Translations under genes and position numbers: made by a program
The notes under the pieces: model-generated
The model's input: the letters and a program-made list of their open reading frames with translations, nothing else
Databases searched by the model: none
Told to the model about the DNA's origin: nothing
In this document: in pieces, positions 1 to 12,758 of the stretch
Numbering within the stretch: the stretch's first letter is position 1
Layout: every line of letters begins with the position of its first letter
Assembly (NCBI GenBank): GCA_000708835.1
Contig: DF237526.1
Location: 1-56,738 of the forward strand
Source: Klebsormidium nitens
Taxonomy: Eukaryota; Plantae; Klebsormidiophyceae
Direction: 5' to 3'
Length of the DNA stretch: 56,738 nt

Positions 1-1449
1 ATGACGATGAGGAGTCTCAATCATGATGCACCAGCCCTAGGACTCGGGAGTCAACGATCGGGAGTCGTGCTCACGAATCACGATGCTACCTAGATCTCTG
101 CTTTTCTGATCATTGTCAAGAACATATATAAAGTGCATTGTCATGATGCCTCAACGAGCTGACTAAGCCGCTGAGCTGCAAGATTCCAGCATTGGCCGAG
201 ACTGTTGCAGTGTTGGATACAGCTTCACGATTCATTGCGGCAGACCGGGGGCAGGACGATCAAATGCGAGAAAGAAAGTGTACAAAGAGGTGGCGCTTCT
301 CAACGAAGGCGCGTGCGCTCAGGCCCAGAGGGACGAGTATTACAACCAGACGCTATTATTTCAATGCATTGTGCATTGATCCTAAGAGACGCTTGAGCTG
401 TATTCCCTGATTTCCTTTGAGCTTGGGCCGCCTTTGTTTTGGATCAGACGCTCAATGGCGACCTCTTCTCTCTGTCATTTGAAGTCCCGTTTCTGCGGAG
501 TCCTTTTCCGCCCACCGCCTCAATCTTCTGCAGAAACAGTACGGTTTCCAACCGCAGCCCCACGCATTAGTCGAACTCCAACCCTCCAGGTGAATGAGCT
601 CAGATTTTACTGCTCCACATCAGCGGGCACAAACGCTTGTTCGTTATAGGAGCCCTTCTGATGTCTTCCCTTATGCTCTCCACTCTCCAGCTAGGTGGTT
701 TCTCTCCAGCTAGGTGCAGTTGCAACATTGCTTGAAGGAGCCAAAGATTCAGCAGCTTTTGTCCATAGCAGCCCTTTGCTTAACAAGATGAAAGATCAGA
801 GTTACGAGTGAGAAGTTGAGTGGAAGGTCCATACAAAGCATACTGCTGAACAGAGATCTCTTCTGGACAACTGACTCAGCCCTGTACACATTTACAGTTT
901 GATATTGAGGTTAGGTGATGGAAAGGTCATTTTTTGTGTGCATTTCCGCACCCGCTCTCTCTTGCGCCTGATGAAATGGAAGCTTTAGTTGCTGTCCAAG
1001 TGATCAGGCCACCAGAGGAGCATTGCTCTCTGCAAAGTCTTCTATAGATCTGACAAAGCTCAACATACTTACCTGGAACCCTGGGTGCAATCCGCCAGTC
1101 CATACCAATTGTTCTAGCAGATTAGCTGCAAATGATGTTAGCTGAACCCTACTGTTTACGCTTTCCTTTCCAGCAAAGGCCATCCCACAGGGCTTGCAGT
1201 CCTCTAGGGAAACCACTCTATAAAACCAAGAAGAAGGCAGCATCATCGAGGCAGGCCGCATTGCAAGGCAGCATCGTTACTGACGTCAGCCTTCCAGGTA
1301 GGTAGAGAAGAAGATGTCCGCAAGAAAAGCTTCCGGGATGAAGGTGTTCATACACCACAGTCATTTGACGCCGAGGCTAGGAAGCCAAAGTTGCCAGGCT
1401 TGTCCCTTTCTCATGCCTTTGAAGAACATCAGGATGCTAGAACATCCGA

Positions 1450-4400
1450 ATGTACCGTCCTAGCCAGGTTTGTTTGGCCACTTTCTCAAGCAGTAGTGCC
1501 TTTAAGCCCTTTGTCAGAAGTTTCGGCCCACAATTGCCACAAGGTAACTCTCCGGATAGGGATCAGAATGCATTTTTCCACATAAGAGCATGCAGCTTCC
1601 TGGTTGGGGCGCCCAGCAAAAGCAGCCTTCAAGTTGGCATTCCCGATCCTGTACATGTTTATATCCGATAAGGTATCAACCCATACGCTGGCAAGTTCTC
1701 CGGTGGGACTCGGTTTGTCATCAACCGATATTGCGCGCTGTGCTGCAGCCGTTCTGGCCCCTCCCCAAGACTTTTCCACCAACCCGCCGCAAGACCCTGC
1801 AGCATCAAAGCGGAACGACATTCAGCGTCCGGAAGACGACAGGGTTCTTTCCTGGAAGAAGATCTGGTTTCCTGTCGCTATCCTGGCAGACCTGGACGTG
1901 CAGAAACCAACGTCGGTTACGCTGCTCAACATCGAAATGGTGATCTGGCGAGAGCAGGGGGGGGCTTGGGCTGCTTTCATGGACAGGTGTCCTCATAGGT
2001 GGGTACTTAGCTTGCCGTTCTCTGCTTCTGTTTTGGCTAGGGCACTTCAAATTGCCAGTGAATCTCGAAGGGTGTCTAGGCTCCTCTTTGGATGAAAGAG
2101 AGTTGAGCGTAGCAGCTGCCAAGATCAGGTGGCCTCCAAATAAAGGAGAAACGTTCTACTGATGCGAAAGGGCCTTCACTTTGTCTGAATTTGGGCTTGC
2201 AAAGCGATTGAGTGAGCTCCCACTTACAATCAACAACGCCGCTGCTTTGCTGGTGAAGTACTTTCATTCACAACTGGAGCCGCAGACTTTTTTGTTTCGG
2301 TTGAGTCTTCGTTCCATTTAGCAATTTCTTTCTCGTAAGGAACACTTTCAGCGAATAATCACACTTTTCGTGCCAGGCTCGCACCACTTTCCGAGGGTCG
2401 GGTGGAGAAGGGCGTCCTACAGTGTGCCTATCACGGCTGGGCGTTCGATAAAAAGGGAACATGCGTCCGCAACCCGCATGTAAGCCTCTGGCCCCCATCT
2501 TCGACCCCAACTTACACGAAGCTTTTAGAGCTCTTTCAACAAAGCACCTGCAAGCGGACTCTCAGAACTCTTTCCGGATTCGAAATTGAATTTTGAGTTG
2601 GCTGGAATGTCCTTCTTCTTTGTCAGCCTGGCTTCGCCCTCCTGGGGCGAAACGTACATAGCCCTGAGATCCATGAAGGCTGTACTCGGTGTTGAATTGA
2701 GCACTGAGTCAACCGGGTTAATCGCAGTTAGGCGGGTTAACTGGAGCCTTTGCTCTGATGAAGTGCCCGGTTCACATGAATCCGCTCAACATTGAAAGGC
2801 TTTCTCTGGACCTTGGGCGGCTGTTCAGCATCCCATGTCAGCCCCGTCTGTAGCCGAGCCGGACTCAGAGGATGTATGGCTTTACTGATTCTGAACAGAC
2901 AGAGAGGGATCCAAGGTTCATTTTCTTTCTGACGGTTGTGCTCAGCTAGTTATATCAGGTTCGTTTGTGACAGTGGCGCGAAAACAAAGAAGGCCTCGGG
3001 TCGGGTGCCCGCGGCCGGTCTTAGCAGGCGGCCAAGTGACTGCTCTCATAATGGCTGTTCTCAGAGGCACGTGTGTCAGAATCACAAATAGGCTTAGCCG
3101 TACTATTTTTCCTGATGAGCCACGAGAGAACACGCGTCTTGTGGAAAATAACGGCACCGCTTCTGGCCACCCCTTCTGGCTGACAAGTCTGCAATTGAAC
3201 ATCGTCAATCGTGAGGGCTAGCTCCCTTTCAAAAACATGCGTTTTCTCAGAGCAAACCCATCAACACTCGAAATTTCTGGAATCCGTGGTCAACAAGTAC
3301 TGGCCAACCCCTGCGCTTCTCTTTCATTCTTTACGGTTGGGACTTGTCGGCTGCCAATCACGAAACCTGACCACCCACCGTGCCGCCACGTGTCAGGCGG
3401 ACAGTCCGCAGGCCGAGGCAAAGGTGTGCTCGGATCGAAGGTCGCGGTGTCAGAGCTTTCCCACTCGGGAGGCCCACGGTCTCCTGTGGGTCTGGCCGGA
3501 ATCCGGCACCGATGCCTGGCTGGAGGCGTCCATGCACGCTCTCCCGGAACATCCGGAGTTGCTCGACCCGGGGTGGGTCGGTTCTGAGGGGTGAGGCCGT
3601 ACCCTTCGGTGCACCGAAGCTTGTCCATGTATACTTATTCTCGTCATGAGTTTGCAGAAAGGTTTGATTTGCGAGAGTCTCACGTGCTTAGGAGATTCTG
3701 AGACTTTTATGTCAGCCGGAAGAAGCTTTTGGCAGGGATAGCTCATGGTTTCGAAGAGAGGGACACCGCAAACAAAGCCGCGGCTTCTGGTTGGCCTTTG
3801 CGCTATCCAGACGTCACAACTTTGAACAACTTAGCGTGTCCTTCTGAACGTCCTGAAAGCAGAAAAGAGTCATGTTTCCGCTACACGGAAGAAAGACGCG
3901 AGAACCGTTTGCGGAGCTTGACAGACCGCTCCATTAGACGTCCTTCTTCATCACCGATTTTTCGGGTAATTTCTTGACCGTCCCTGCAAAGGCAAAGCTA
4001 CGGGAAAAGCTCCGCTTCAACTTACAGCGGTGCTAACACATGAGTCCACTGTAGCGCGCAAGAACACAAGCTTCGAGATCCTTCAACCCGGGTTACACAG
4101 CGTCCTCTTCAAAAGCAAATCAGAGGAGTGAACCAGCTAATTGAATTCACGTGCAGGCCGTTCAACCGGCTTGACGAGCCCATCAATTGGGACATCATGG
4201 TCGAGAACGCAATGGACCTGGCTCACGCGCCGTTTGTGCACCACGGGGTAGTTGCAAAGATGGAGGATTACAGACCGATGCACGCGGAGCTGACAGAAGC
4301 CTCCGACGACCCATCTAGAGTGAGAGGGGTTTTGAGAGAGATTGACGCCCGGGAATCGAACTTGCGTTCTGGTTGCGGGCGCATAGCATTTGCCACCTCA

Positions 4401-7114
4401 GAATCCGAAGGGCCGTGAAATTTGCACTTTTTGAAGAGGCAGCCAATTTGTAGACCAACGTCTAGTGTTTCGAAGGCCATCACCTCGTTGTTGTACAAGA
4501 GCAGCGGAACTGGTTTCATTGAAAATGTTTTCGAAGGACTATCTTCTCAATGCATACGTTGGCTCGACGTCGGAGGAAAGATGCGGGCAATTGATTTGCT
4601 GCGACTCTGAGCGAGAAGGTAACGTTCGCGCGTAAGCTAGGAGGCTTTTCGAATTCACAACTTAAGAGTTTCGGGCATCACAGAAGCACTCTTCGCGAAG
4701 TTCTGAGAAAGAAAACTTTTGAGATACCTCGATTCTGGAAGTTTACGAAGCTTCGAACTCCACTGACTCGGATGCATACGAGTTCTTGATCTGAAACCTC
4801 ACTCCTTCTTTTCCAGGGCTTTGAGATTCAGCATGACGGGTACACCCAGCACCAGAAAGAGGAAGACTTCAAGGGAACGCGACGATTCACGCCAAATAGC
4901 ATAAGGTCAGAACGACGACTCTGCCAAGACATGCACGCTTCAGAAGCACTGACGACCTTGACAGCCTACGCCCGTCTACTTGGCCTTACTGCATTCCGAC
5001 TCCCCAACATTCAAAAGCGCTGGAATGCAATTTTTAGACAGCATTGCTCAGCTTTAGTCAACGCTGATGCCTGTGGGGTACTGTTAACCCAATCAGCATT
5101 CGATCCGTAACCCTTTTCTGGCAGGGTTGAGTACAAGTACAAATCCGGACGCGTCGACTTCTTCGTTCTTCACTTTGTCCCCATGAAACCCGGCTGGACT
5201 CGGGGCTTCCTCAAGGTCGTCCACAAGAATCCCCCGGCTATCATCAAGCTGGTGAACCGCCTCCCGGACTGGCTGCTGCACAGCAACGCGCTTGGGATTC
5301 CCGACCAGGACGTCCTCATTTTGCACAAACAGGCGAGTCCTCGTTTCACCCGCCTGGGGACGGCGACCGAAAGGCGTGGCTTACGGGAGCATCATCCGTT
5401 GTCTATCTTTATGCTTGGACTGGATGGGCGCACCTGGGTGCTGTTACGGATTCCCGACAAGTAGGGCCAGCTCCGAGGCAAGGGTTTGAGAAACTGTCAT
5501 TGCTGGTGGGCATGCTGTGCATGAACAGACTTGATCAAAAAAGTGCATAAATGCGATTTTAAAAGCATCACAAATCCCAGAGTGTGTTTCAACTTCAATT
5601 CTTCCAGGGCGCTGCAAACTGTGGTTCCCTTCGCCTGTTGACCGCAAAAAACTTGAAGGGCCTTTTATGAAGCTATGGCGAGGTTTCATTAATCCGGCTG
5701 TTCCTTTTGTTCACAGGAGCGAAACTTGCGTACGTCTTACCGTAAAGGAACAAAGGCATACTTCTTACCGAACGAGTCCGACGGGTAAGCCGGCTTTGAA
5801 ATACATGTGCGTGCTGCGCGCGTTGTTGCTGTCTGTTTCCCAGCTTAGCTTGCAGCTTTCGCGCGCTTTCAAACCATCGCAAAGCCATTTGAAATATCTG
5901 AGGAGGACATCAACGTTGATGAAGATCAAATGGTACTGTGCTTCGTACCTTTGAAAAAGGCTGCTTTCAGCATTTCCGCAGCCCCATTCTGGTTGATGGA
6001 ATCTTCTTACCGCCCACCTTAATTCCCCCCATAGATAAACTGCCGCTGCGACTGTTTTGCTGATGCCGTCCTTCAAGAAGACCTTTCATTCGGTACTTCA
6101 TTCGCACTTCATATCCATGTAAAGAAGTCGACCAACACCCTCGAATCGAAGTGCTTACGGACTCGGCCTTCATCAGTGCTGGAAAGGTCACGATTCGAAA
6201 CCTGGCGCAACAATCATTTGCCGCTTGGCTTGGTTACAGGGGCGTGATTGCTTTTAGAACGTGGCTAAGTGAGAAGGCCGGAGGTGATGTGGGCTGGGGG
6301 AATGGGGCCACGTCGGCAGATGCTGGGCCTCAATTACCGAGAAGCCAGCTTCTCAATCGTTTCAACAGGCACGCCAAGGGATGCCACGTGTGCTTGCGAG
6401 TAGGTGCTGCCAGCTGACTGAGGGCTGACTCAAAAGAAACGCTTCCAATCACTCGTTTCGCGCTAAGGATGTAACGCTGAAGCAAAGAGGTCCCACCCAA
6501 CCGAATTCCGTACTAGTAAGATCCTCGAAGAAAGAACGTAGCTCTTCTTTTGTTCGTCGACGACAGTCTGTCGTGGTGACCTTTTTCTTTGCACGAAACA
6601 AACAAAGCCTGCTTCGTACTCAGAAAGTGTTGCTGCTTTGACTCTTTTCCGAGTCAACCCCGCTCCAGTGCAAGTCAGACGCGAGCAAGGCCCCTTTTCT
6701 GGTTGATCAGTGCCTCAAGAATGGCACAAGGAAGAACCTGGTTCATTGCTCAATGAAGGCCTGCACAAAAGAGATTGATAGAAGAACTCAAAGCTCTGTT
6801 AACGCGTTCCGAGACTCTGAATCCCGTCCGAGACACTTACGTTATCGTTTAATGCGCCCAGTCGAGAAGTTGCTGAAGAAACGTTTTGTTTGCAGGCGAT
6901 GGCGACCATAGACCGCATCCGTTCCGCGCTTACATTTGGAGCCGGTGTCCTTTTCTTGTTGGGCATTTATGTAGCCAGTCGCCGGGGAGCGTTGGCCAAC
7001 TGGGTGCCTGCTTTCATTGGAGCCGCAGTCATGCTGGGCTTGAAAGAGCAGTTGCGCAGATTCAGGAGGACTTATGTGACGGGCTGCAACTCAGCAGAGG
7101 TCGACTACACGTAG
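1450..7114 (+). CDS. Pheophorbide a oxygenase (PAO)/Tic55/PTC52-family Rieske mononuclear-iron oxygenase, 10 exons, ~515 aa
   Basis: Exons 1450-1543, 1749-1998, 2377-2479, 3397-3590, 4157-4319, 4817-4905, 5125-5332, 5717-5784, 6240-6399, 6896-7114 join in phase. Rieske motifs DRCPHR...QCAYHGW, iron-site motif [18 protein letters not shown]-type VxAFRxWL and C-terminal CHVC, then a hydrophobic tail. The first exon (Ser-rich, transit-peptide-like) and the 1749 acceptor are less certain. Exact subfamily not determinable by eye. Confidence 0.88.
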
Positions 7115-10100
7115 AGACTCTGTGTTTGGAGAGGATGACCATCGTTCCTTAGGTTCCGCGTCGACCGAAAACTGCTGGGCTCACAAGCTTTGCATCTCCG
7201 ATCCGCGTACAGCTTTGTACACTGCCTCTCTAGCAAAATTTTGTACCAGGTCTGTATTTCTCATGCCACGTGATCGATCGAAGGGTTCTCATTTGTCCGA
7301 AGGACCGGAGATGAGCGCTCAGACATTTCGGTCGACGCGAAACCTTATTAAATATGTCAAAGGGGACGCACTCGTCTCGCAGCCCGAAGCAGATTGGCAT
7401 AGGCATGTTGATGAATTCGGCTTTTCTTATGCAGCCGACAGCAAAAGCTGGCTGCGTCAGCCAGCACTTTAGAAGGGATCTTAGAAGAAATGCGTTTGGC
7501 CTATTGACATGGTGACGCATTCACAGATCCACGCTCGTGCTCCGCAGCGGCTTGCACGGACTTTACTTCATCATTGGCGATTGGTATTGCTCATCGGCTT
7601 GATGATTGATGTCAAGTCGTCAGCCAGTAATTTGTTGCGAGTAAAGCAAAGAGAAAGTTCCGCCTTTTGTGTGGTCTGCTTATACACGCCTGGGATGCAT
7701 TCAAAAAGCGTGAGACAATTCAAGCGCTGCCGTGAATCTTCCGTGAATCAAGAACCGATGCTGGGTAATCTGTGGCTAAAGTGAAGAGAAGCAGAGGGAA
7801 AATGACCTACACAATTGACGTGGACTAATCTGTCAGGTCTCGGCAACGTGAGACTCAAACCCTTCAACTTGGAGCCATGGCCGAAAGACAACTGCCGTAT
7901 CCCCTTGTCAACGTTTGTTACGCTGCCCACCGCAAAGGGGCAAATAGTCGATCAGCGATCTATCCAAATCCTGCCAGCCATCTAGAGGTTAATCTAGTAG
8001 CTTAAGAGTCCCAAGCCTTGGAAAAGTGTGATAATCCGAAGCACCTTGAATCATGCGCGCGCACAGAAAGGTGAGCCGGGTCTTCCAACAGCAGCTCTTC
8101 TGATGTCTTTCGATCCCTTGTGCGGATGCTCCAACGTTTCCTTTGCCCTGTAATGCATTCCACAGGATGAGCACCCCTGCACTTTGGCCGGCGTCTGAGG
8201 CCTCCTTCCGTCCCTGGTATCAGGTGCTCCCCATCTAGTTGTCGCGTTCCCGTTCTCCCCACTAGCCGCCGCTCCCGAGCTTGTCATGCTTCTCGGTCCC
8301 AGATGAAGGCGCGCGGAACACGTGGCAAAGCTGTCCTGAGTCTTGCAGGGTTGATCATTTCCATGCCGGATTGCCAGGCCACTGGACAGTGCCGGATCTG
8401 CCAGAAAGACGCGTTACGCGTCCCTGGCATCAAGTCCTCCTGCGGCAGTCCTCTTGGCCCGTTGCTTGAAGTAATGGGGGAGCTGCAGGTCTCCTTTGTG
8501 GACTTTGCAGCGGCTTCCAAATCACCGCTTGAGACGCTTCCATCAGCTTCAACGATCGGCCACTTCGAACGGATTCTGGCACAGTAAACTCGACAGGCGG
8601 ACGATTACCAGCCAGTTGATGTTGAGTGTTCGCTTGGGTGTGCCAAGCGCATCACGCAAGACTCCAAAGGTATCAGCTGACCAGCAGAATTTTGACAGAG
8701 GCAAGCGTAGAAGCGCAGCTGCTTGTTTGCCCCTTATTTCCTGCAGATTGTGAAGGGCCTCACTATTTTTTGATGCGCGTTGCAGGCAGCAGAGGTCGAT
8801 CAGCTAGCTGTTGCGAGATATTTATTGGGAGGACGACTCAGAGGGGATCGGATAGCTGGCCCTTCCCCTCAGTGCCGGTGTTAGTCTCGTGTTAGAAGAG
8901 AACCAGCAAATCAGCGCCATGCATACGGTCTTCTTCCATACAAGGAACACCCGCCGCCTTTGACTCTGCGCCGGTCCGGCCCGCCTTGACAAAGGCGTCA
9001 TAGTAATATGGTAGGCGCGTTAAAAATAGCGATGCCAGTCAGCGGTCACAGTCAACCGCAAATTGCAAAACCGCCAGTGTCGATCCGGTGGTCAAGGACT
9101 CAATCTGTCTGCATTGCAGTACTGACTCTTTGCTGTTGACAATGCAGCGCGCCGCAGAAACCAGCTCGTCTCCCTGCCCGGACGTTGCTATTATGCTGTT
9201 ATGCAGGGGGCTGTCAAATCTCCGGTCATTGACATCTTCACATCAAAAAGTGGTGTCGCGAGCCCCTTTGACTCTTGAGCCCGGAACAAAATGTAGGCTC
9301 CATTAGAACAGCTGATCCGCTGAATACTACCGGTACCGAGGTCCTACCGACAGTACGTATAGTACTCCTTGACGACACCGGACAGAGTCAACGCCTGCAA
9401 TCAGTGCAATGTGCAATGTGCATGCAGTACAGCGCCGCTATACCGTCGATCAGCTGCGTGTACTACCGTACGGTACGTACCTTAGTACGGACAGTACGGT
9501 CGCCGATGAATTTGAGGCCGAGAGCGGGCCGACAATCGTGTCAAATGATTGCCCGCGCGCCGATCCTCGGGATTGATTTTCCTCGGCGGATGGCTACGTG
9601 TACTCGGGGGTATCCTGACTGACTCCCGAGTACTATATGAGCCTTTCGCGGAACCTACATGCAGGTCCAGCTTGAACAGGGAGATTACCAACGCAACATC
9701 TTTGTCAGCTGCACGACAGTTTGACTACAGCAGCTATACTAACTAGTACTAGTAGCTCGTTCGGTAAAGATTCGGTTGGCCCAATGTCCACAGGATTGAG
9801 CTCTACTCCTGCGCCCTCGAGAAATCCGTCAGCCGCAGACATTAACTCCTGATCAGAATGGCAGCAGAGGAGTCCCCCTACGAAGGTACAACTATTGAGG
9901 CACACGCACAACTTTTGCTTCCGCTAGCGCTCCGTCAGCTAGCTGCCCACTCGCTGCCCACGTCGGTCTTGACGCCAATGCATGTATAAGATTCCTTTTG
10001 TCTGTGAGACCCGACTTCTCAATCTTCTTTTACTATTACAGCTGCAATCGGATGAAGTAGAAGTTGATGTGATGTTGATAGATGCTTAGTTCAGGCCGCT

Positions 10101-11951
10101 ATCGTCGCGGAGATCTGCACACGCTTCGAAGATTGTGCAACGAATCAAATGAAGCTATTGACTTGCTGAGGTAGCAGGGCTCATTTTGGCAGCTCCGCTT
10201 GCATTTGCCAACCAACGAAATTCCCTGATCAATGGCAGTGAAACTACAACGCAGCACGTGAGCATTCTAGTATTTGGTGGAATTTCACCGTTCCTGCGGT
10301 TACGTGAGGTGCCGCAAAGCTAGTTTGAGATCCCACAACTTTCTGTATCAGTTTTTGGGAACCCCAACGTTCGCCAAAGTTGCAGTCAAGCATGGCGGGG
10401 AGCCTGAACAGACCGCCTGCAATGAAGCCTGCGCTGCCTGTCCGCCACATTTGCAAGCTCATGCAAGCTCAACGACCATGAACCTTGGGGCCCCAAGGTG
10501 CAACGTTCGCCTCACAATCGCAAGCCAGGCTTGTCCAACCCTTAGAAAGGAATACGCACAGCCAGGCTGGTTTGCTGGCAGCTTTGGCAAGCCCGCCTTG
10601 AGGCCGTTGTTGGCAGGGGTTCCAATATATCAAGATTACCAGCAGTCAGCTCGGCATCACGGTTGGTTCTGCGAGCTGGACTCAGAGATGGTGATCAGGT
10701 GAGGCGAAAGACTTGCTCAAATACCACCTAAGGTCCTCAACTGCGAAGCTTCAGCAATCGTGTGCGCAAAAACGAGCTGACAAACCCTGATGCCCGAAGT
10801 CACGAAAGGCAGCTGGTGAACGCAAGGCACTGGACACAGGAGCTTGACAATGTTCGTTTGTCTTGAATGCACAAAACAGAGTCCTCTTGACAAATTGGAA
10901 AACGGCTTGGCTTGTTTGAAACTTATAGAGAATGATTGAAGTATCTATTAAACAGCTTCGTGTTCAAAGTGTTACTTACTTATGCACCAAAAGGCATAGG
11001 TGTTGAGTATCCAGATCCAATTCTGCCCAAATTGTCCAGGCCTTCCAAGAACTTCAGTGGTTGACAAGAGTCGTCTCTTCTACTTCGGTGCTGGCAATCA
11101 GATGTCTCAGAATAATACGTCTCAGTATCTAGACTTGACAACTTGCCATTGAACCAACTCAGGATGACCCATCTTGAACAGTAGGTTTCATAAGCGAACG
11201 ACCCACTCTACTCAATTCAGCAGCACCATCTCCTAAATTCTGCTGCCCAATTGACGGAAGGTTGCACAGCTGCCAACTAAGTGGTGCATTGGGGCTCACA
11301 TTTTGCAGAACCTGTTCCTCGATCTCAATTCCGGGACCTTCTCACCAGGAACGAACTTCCCACAAAACGGATTGGGGTTTGTTTTTGCAGAAAGTGGGCG
11401 CACCTATTCACCCTCGTACGCTTCATCCTATAAGCACCACAACTTCCGAAGCTGCCCCAACGAGCTTCGTTCAGAGTGGCTCTCACGAACAAAGGTGGAT
11501 CTCGCGCAATTCTTCTCTTACCACGTCATTGTTGATGGCTCTGGGGCTCATTGAATCGACTTGCGTGTCCGAATGCTCAGCTGCGGAATGGGTTAGAGCA
11601 CCAGCATAGATCGAGCTTCTTGGGACCTGCCTTATGAGGTAACAGCTAGTGTCATCGCTCTATCCTGGGTCTGCTGCTATGTGTCGGGGCCAGAATGTCA
11701 ACTCGAAAACGAACTTTAGAGGAGCAAGAGAATGGTCAATGAACACGTTTGAACTTCTGTCCGTCACTAACGACCGCGAGAAATAATCAGCGCGATCCCC
11801 CTGTTTGTCCATGGTTCTAGCCAGAACGGGCGAGACGTCTTTCCACAGTCGCATGAGGCTCCACGAGAACTGAGCTGCAACCTTTGCTGCTCGACCTCCA
11901 CACAACGAGGCAAATCACCTGGTGTTCTCATCCTGGCTAAGTATTCCGCAG

Positions 11952-12758
11952 GGGAGGAGCTGAGCCGGAGTTCCGTTCCGCGCTCGGAGACTGGTTCACC
12001 AGAAACTTCATGTACTCCGGAGTCTTACACGCCGTCGTCTACGTGGCACTTTTATGCACCTACGCGAACGGGGCCGGCGTCGCTCTCCACCCCGCCGCTC
12101 TAGTTTACGGCCTCCTCGGGTCCCACGTGATCTACAACTACGACAGGATCATGGGCTGCCAGAGCGAGGACGACCGGTTGGACGCCCCGGGCCGCACGGC
12201 GTGGACCCAACGTCATTTGCAGACACTGAAAACGGTCGCCTTTTTCGAAGTCGTCGCAAACGCGGCGCTTGCATTCCTTCACCCGCGTTTACGCTACTCG
12301 CTGGCTATGATTCTTCTCTCCTTTCTATACACCCAAAAGTTCATTCCGGGAAACGTGTCCCCGAAGCAACTCCCGGGCTGAAGGCCTTCTACACGGCCTT
12401 CACTTGCACCTCCAGCGTCGCGTTTCTCGCCAACTGTCTCGCGCACAACTCAACCGGGTCGAATCCCCGGGTCCCCGGTCCCTGGATACTCGCATCGCTC
12501 TTCTTCCTGATTTCCGCTATGGTAAATTGGAACGATCTTCGAGACGAGGCGGGGGATCGACTGGTCGGAACCTTGTCGCTGCCCGTTCTGGTGGGCGGTG
12601 AGGAAGCACGGTTGATATCGGCGGGTCTCTTCTGGATCTCGAGCGTCAGCGCAGCGGCAGGGGGTAGCTGGGTTCTGGCTCCGTTTGCGCTGATGAACGC
12701 TGTCCTAGCTGCGACGCTAAGCCAGGGGTCAAAGTTCGAAGTGATACCTCGGCTCTGA
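11952..12758 (+). pseudogene. UbiA-family prenyltransferase-like gene split by a 1-nt frameshift at ~12375 (pseudogene, assembly error or recoding)
   Basis: ORF 12010-12381 (YNYDRIMG...EDDRLDAPGR, first Asp-rich motif, TM helices) continues in the -1 frame to 12758 (PGLKAFY...WNDLRDEAGDRLVGTLSLPVLVG, second Asp-rich motif). A possible acceptor ttccgcag at 11944-11951 suggests an unresolved 5' exon. Confidence 0.75.

Noticed and set aside
4350-4416. ESNLRSG...SESEG in a PAO intron resembling exon 5717-5784 (ERNLRTS...NESDG)
   Set aside because: Only short patchy identity, and not adjacent to that exon; likely chance.
7200-9000. Several 60-95-aa ORFs on both strands
   Set aside because: No recognisable motif and no phase-consistent exon chain could be built.
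12379-12381. TGA as selenocysteine or read-through codon in the UbiA-like gene
   Set aside because: Homology continues in a different frame, so read-through would not restore the protein.
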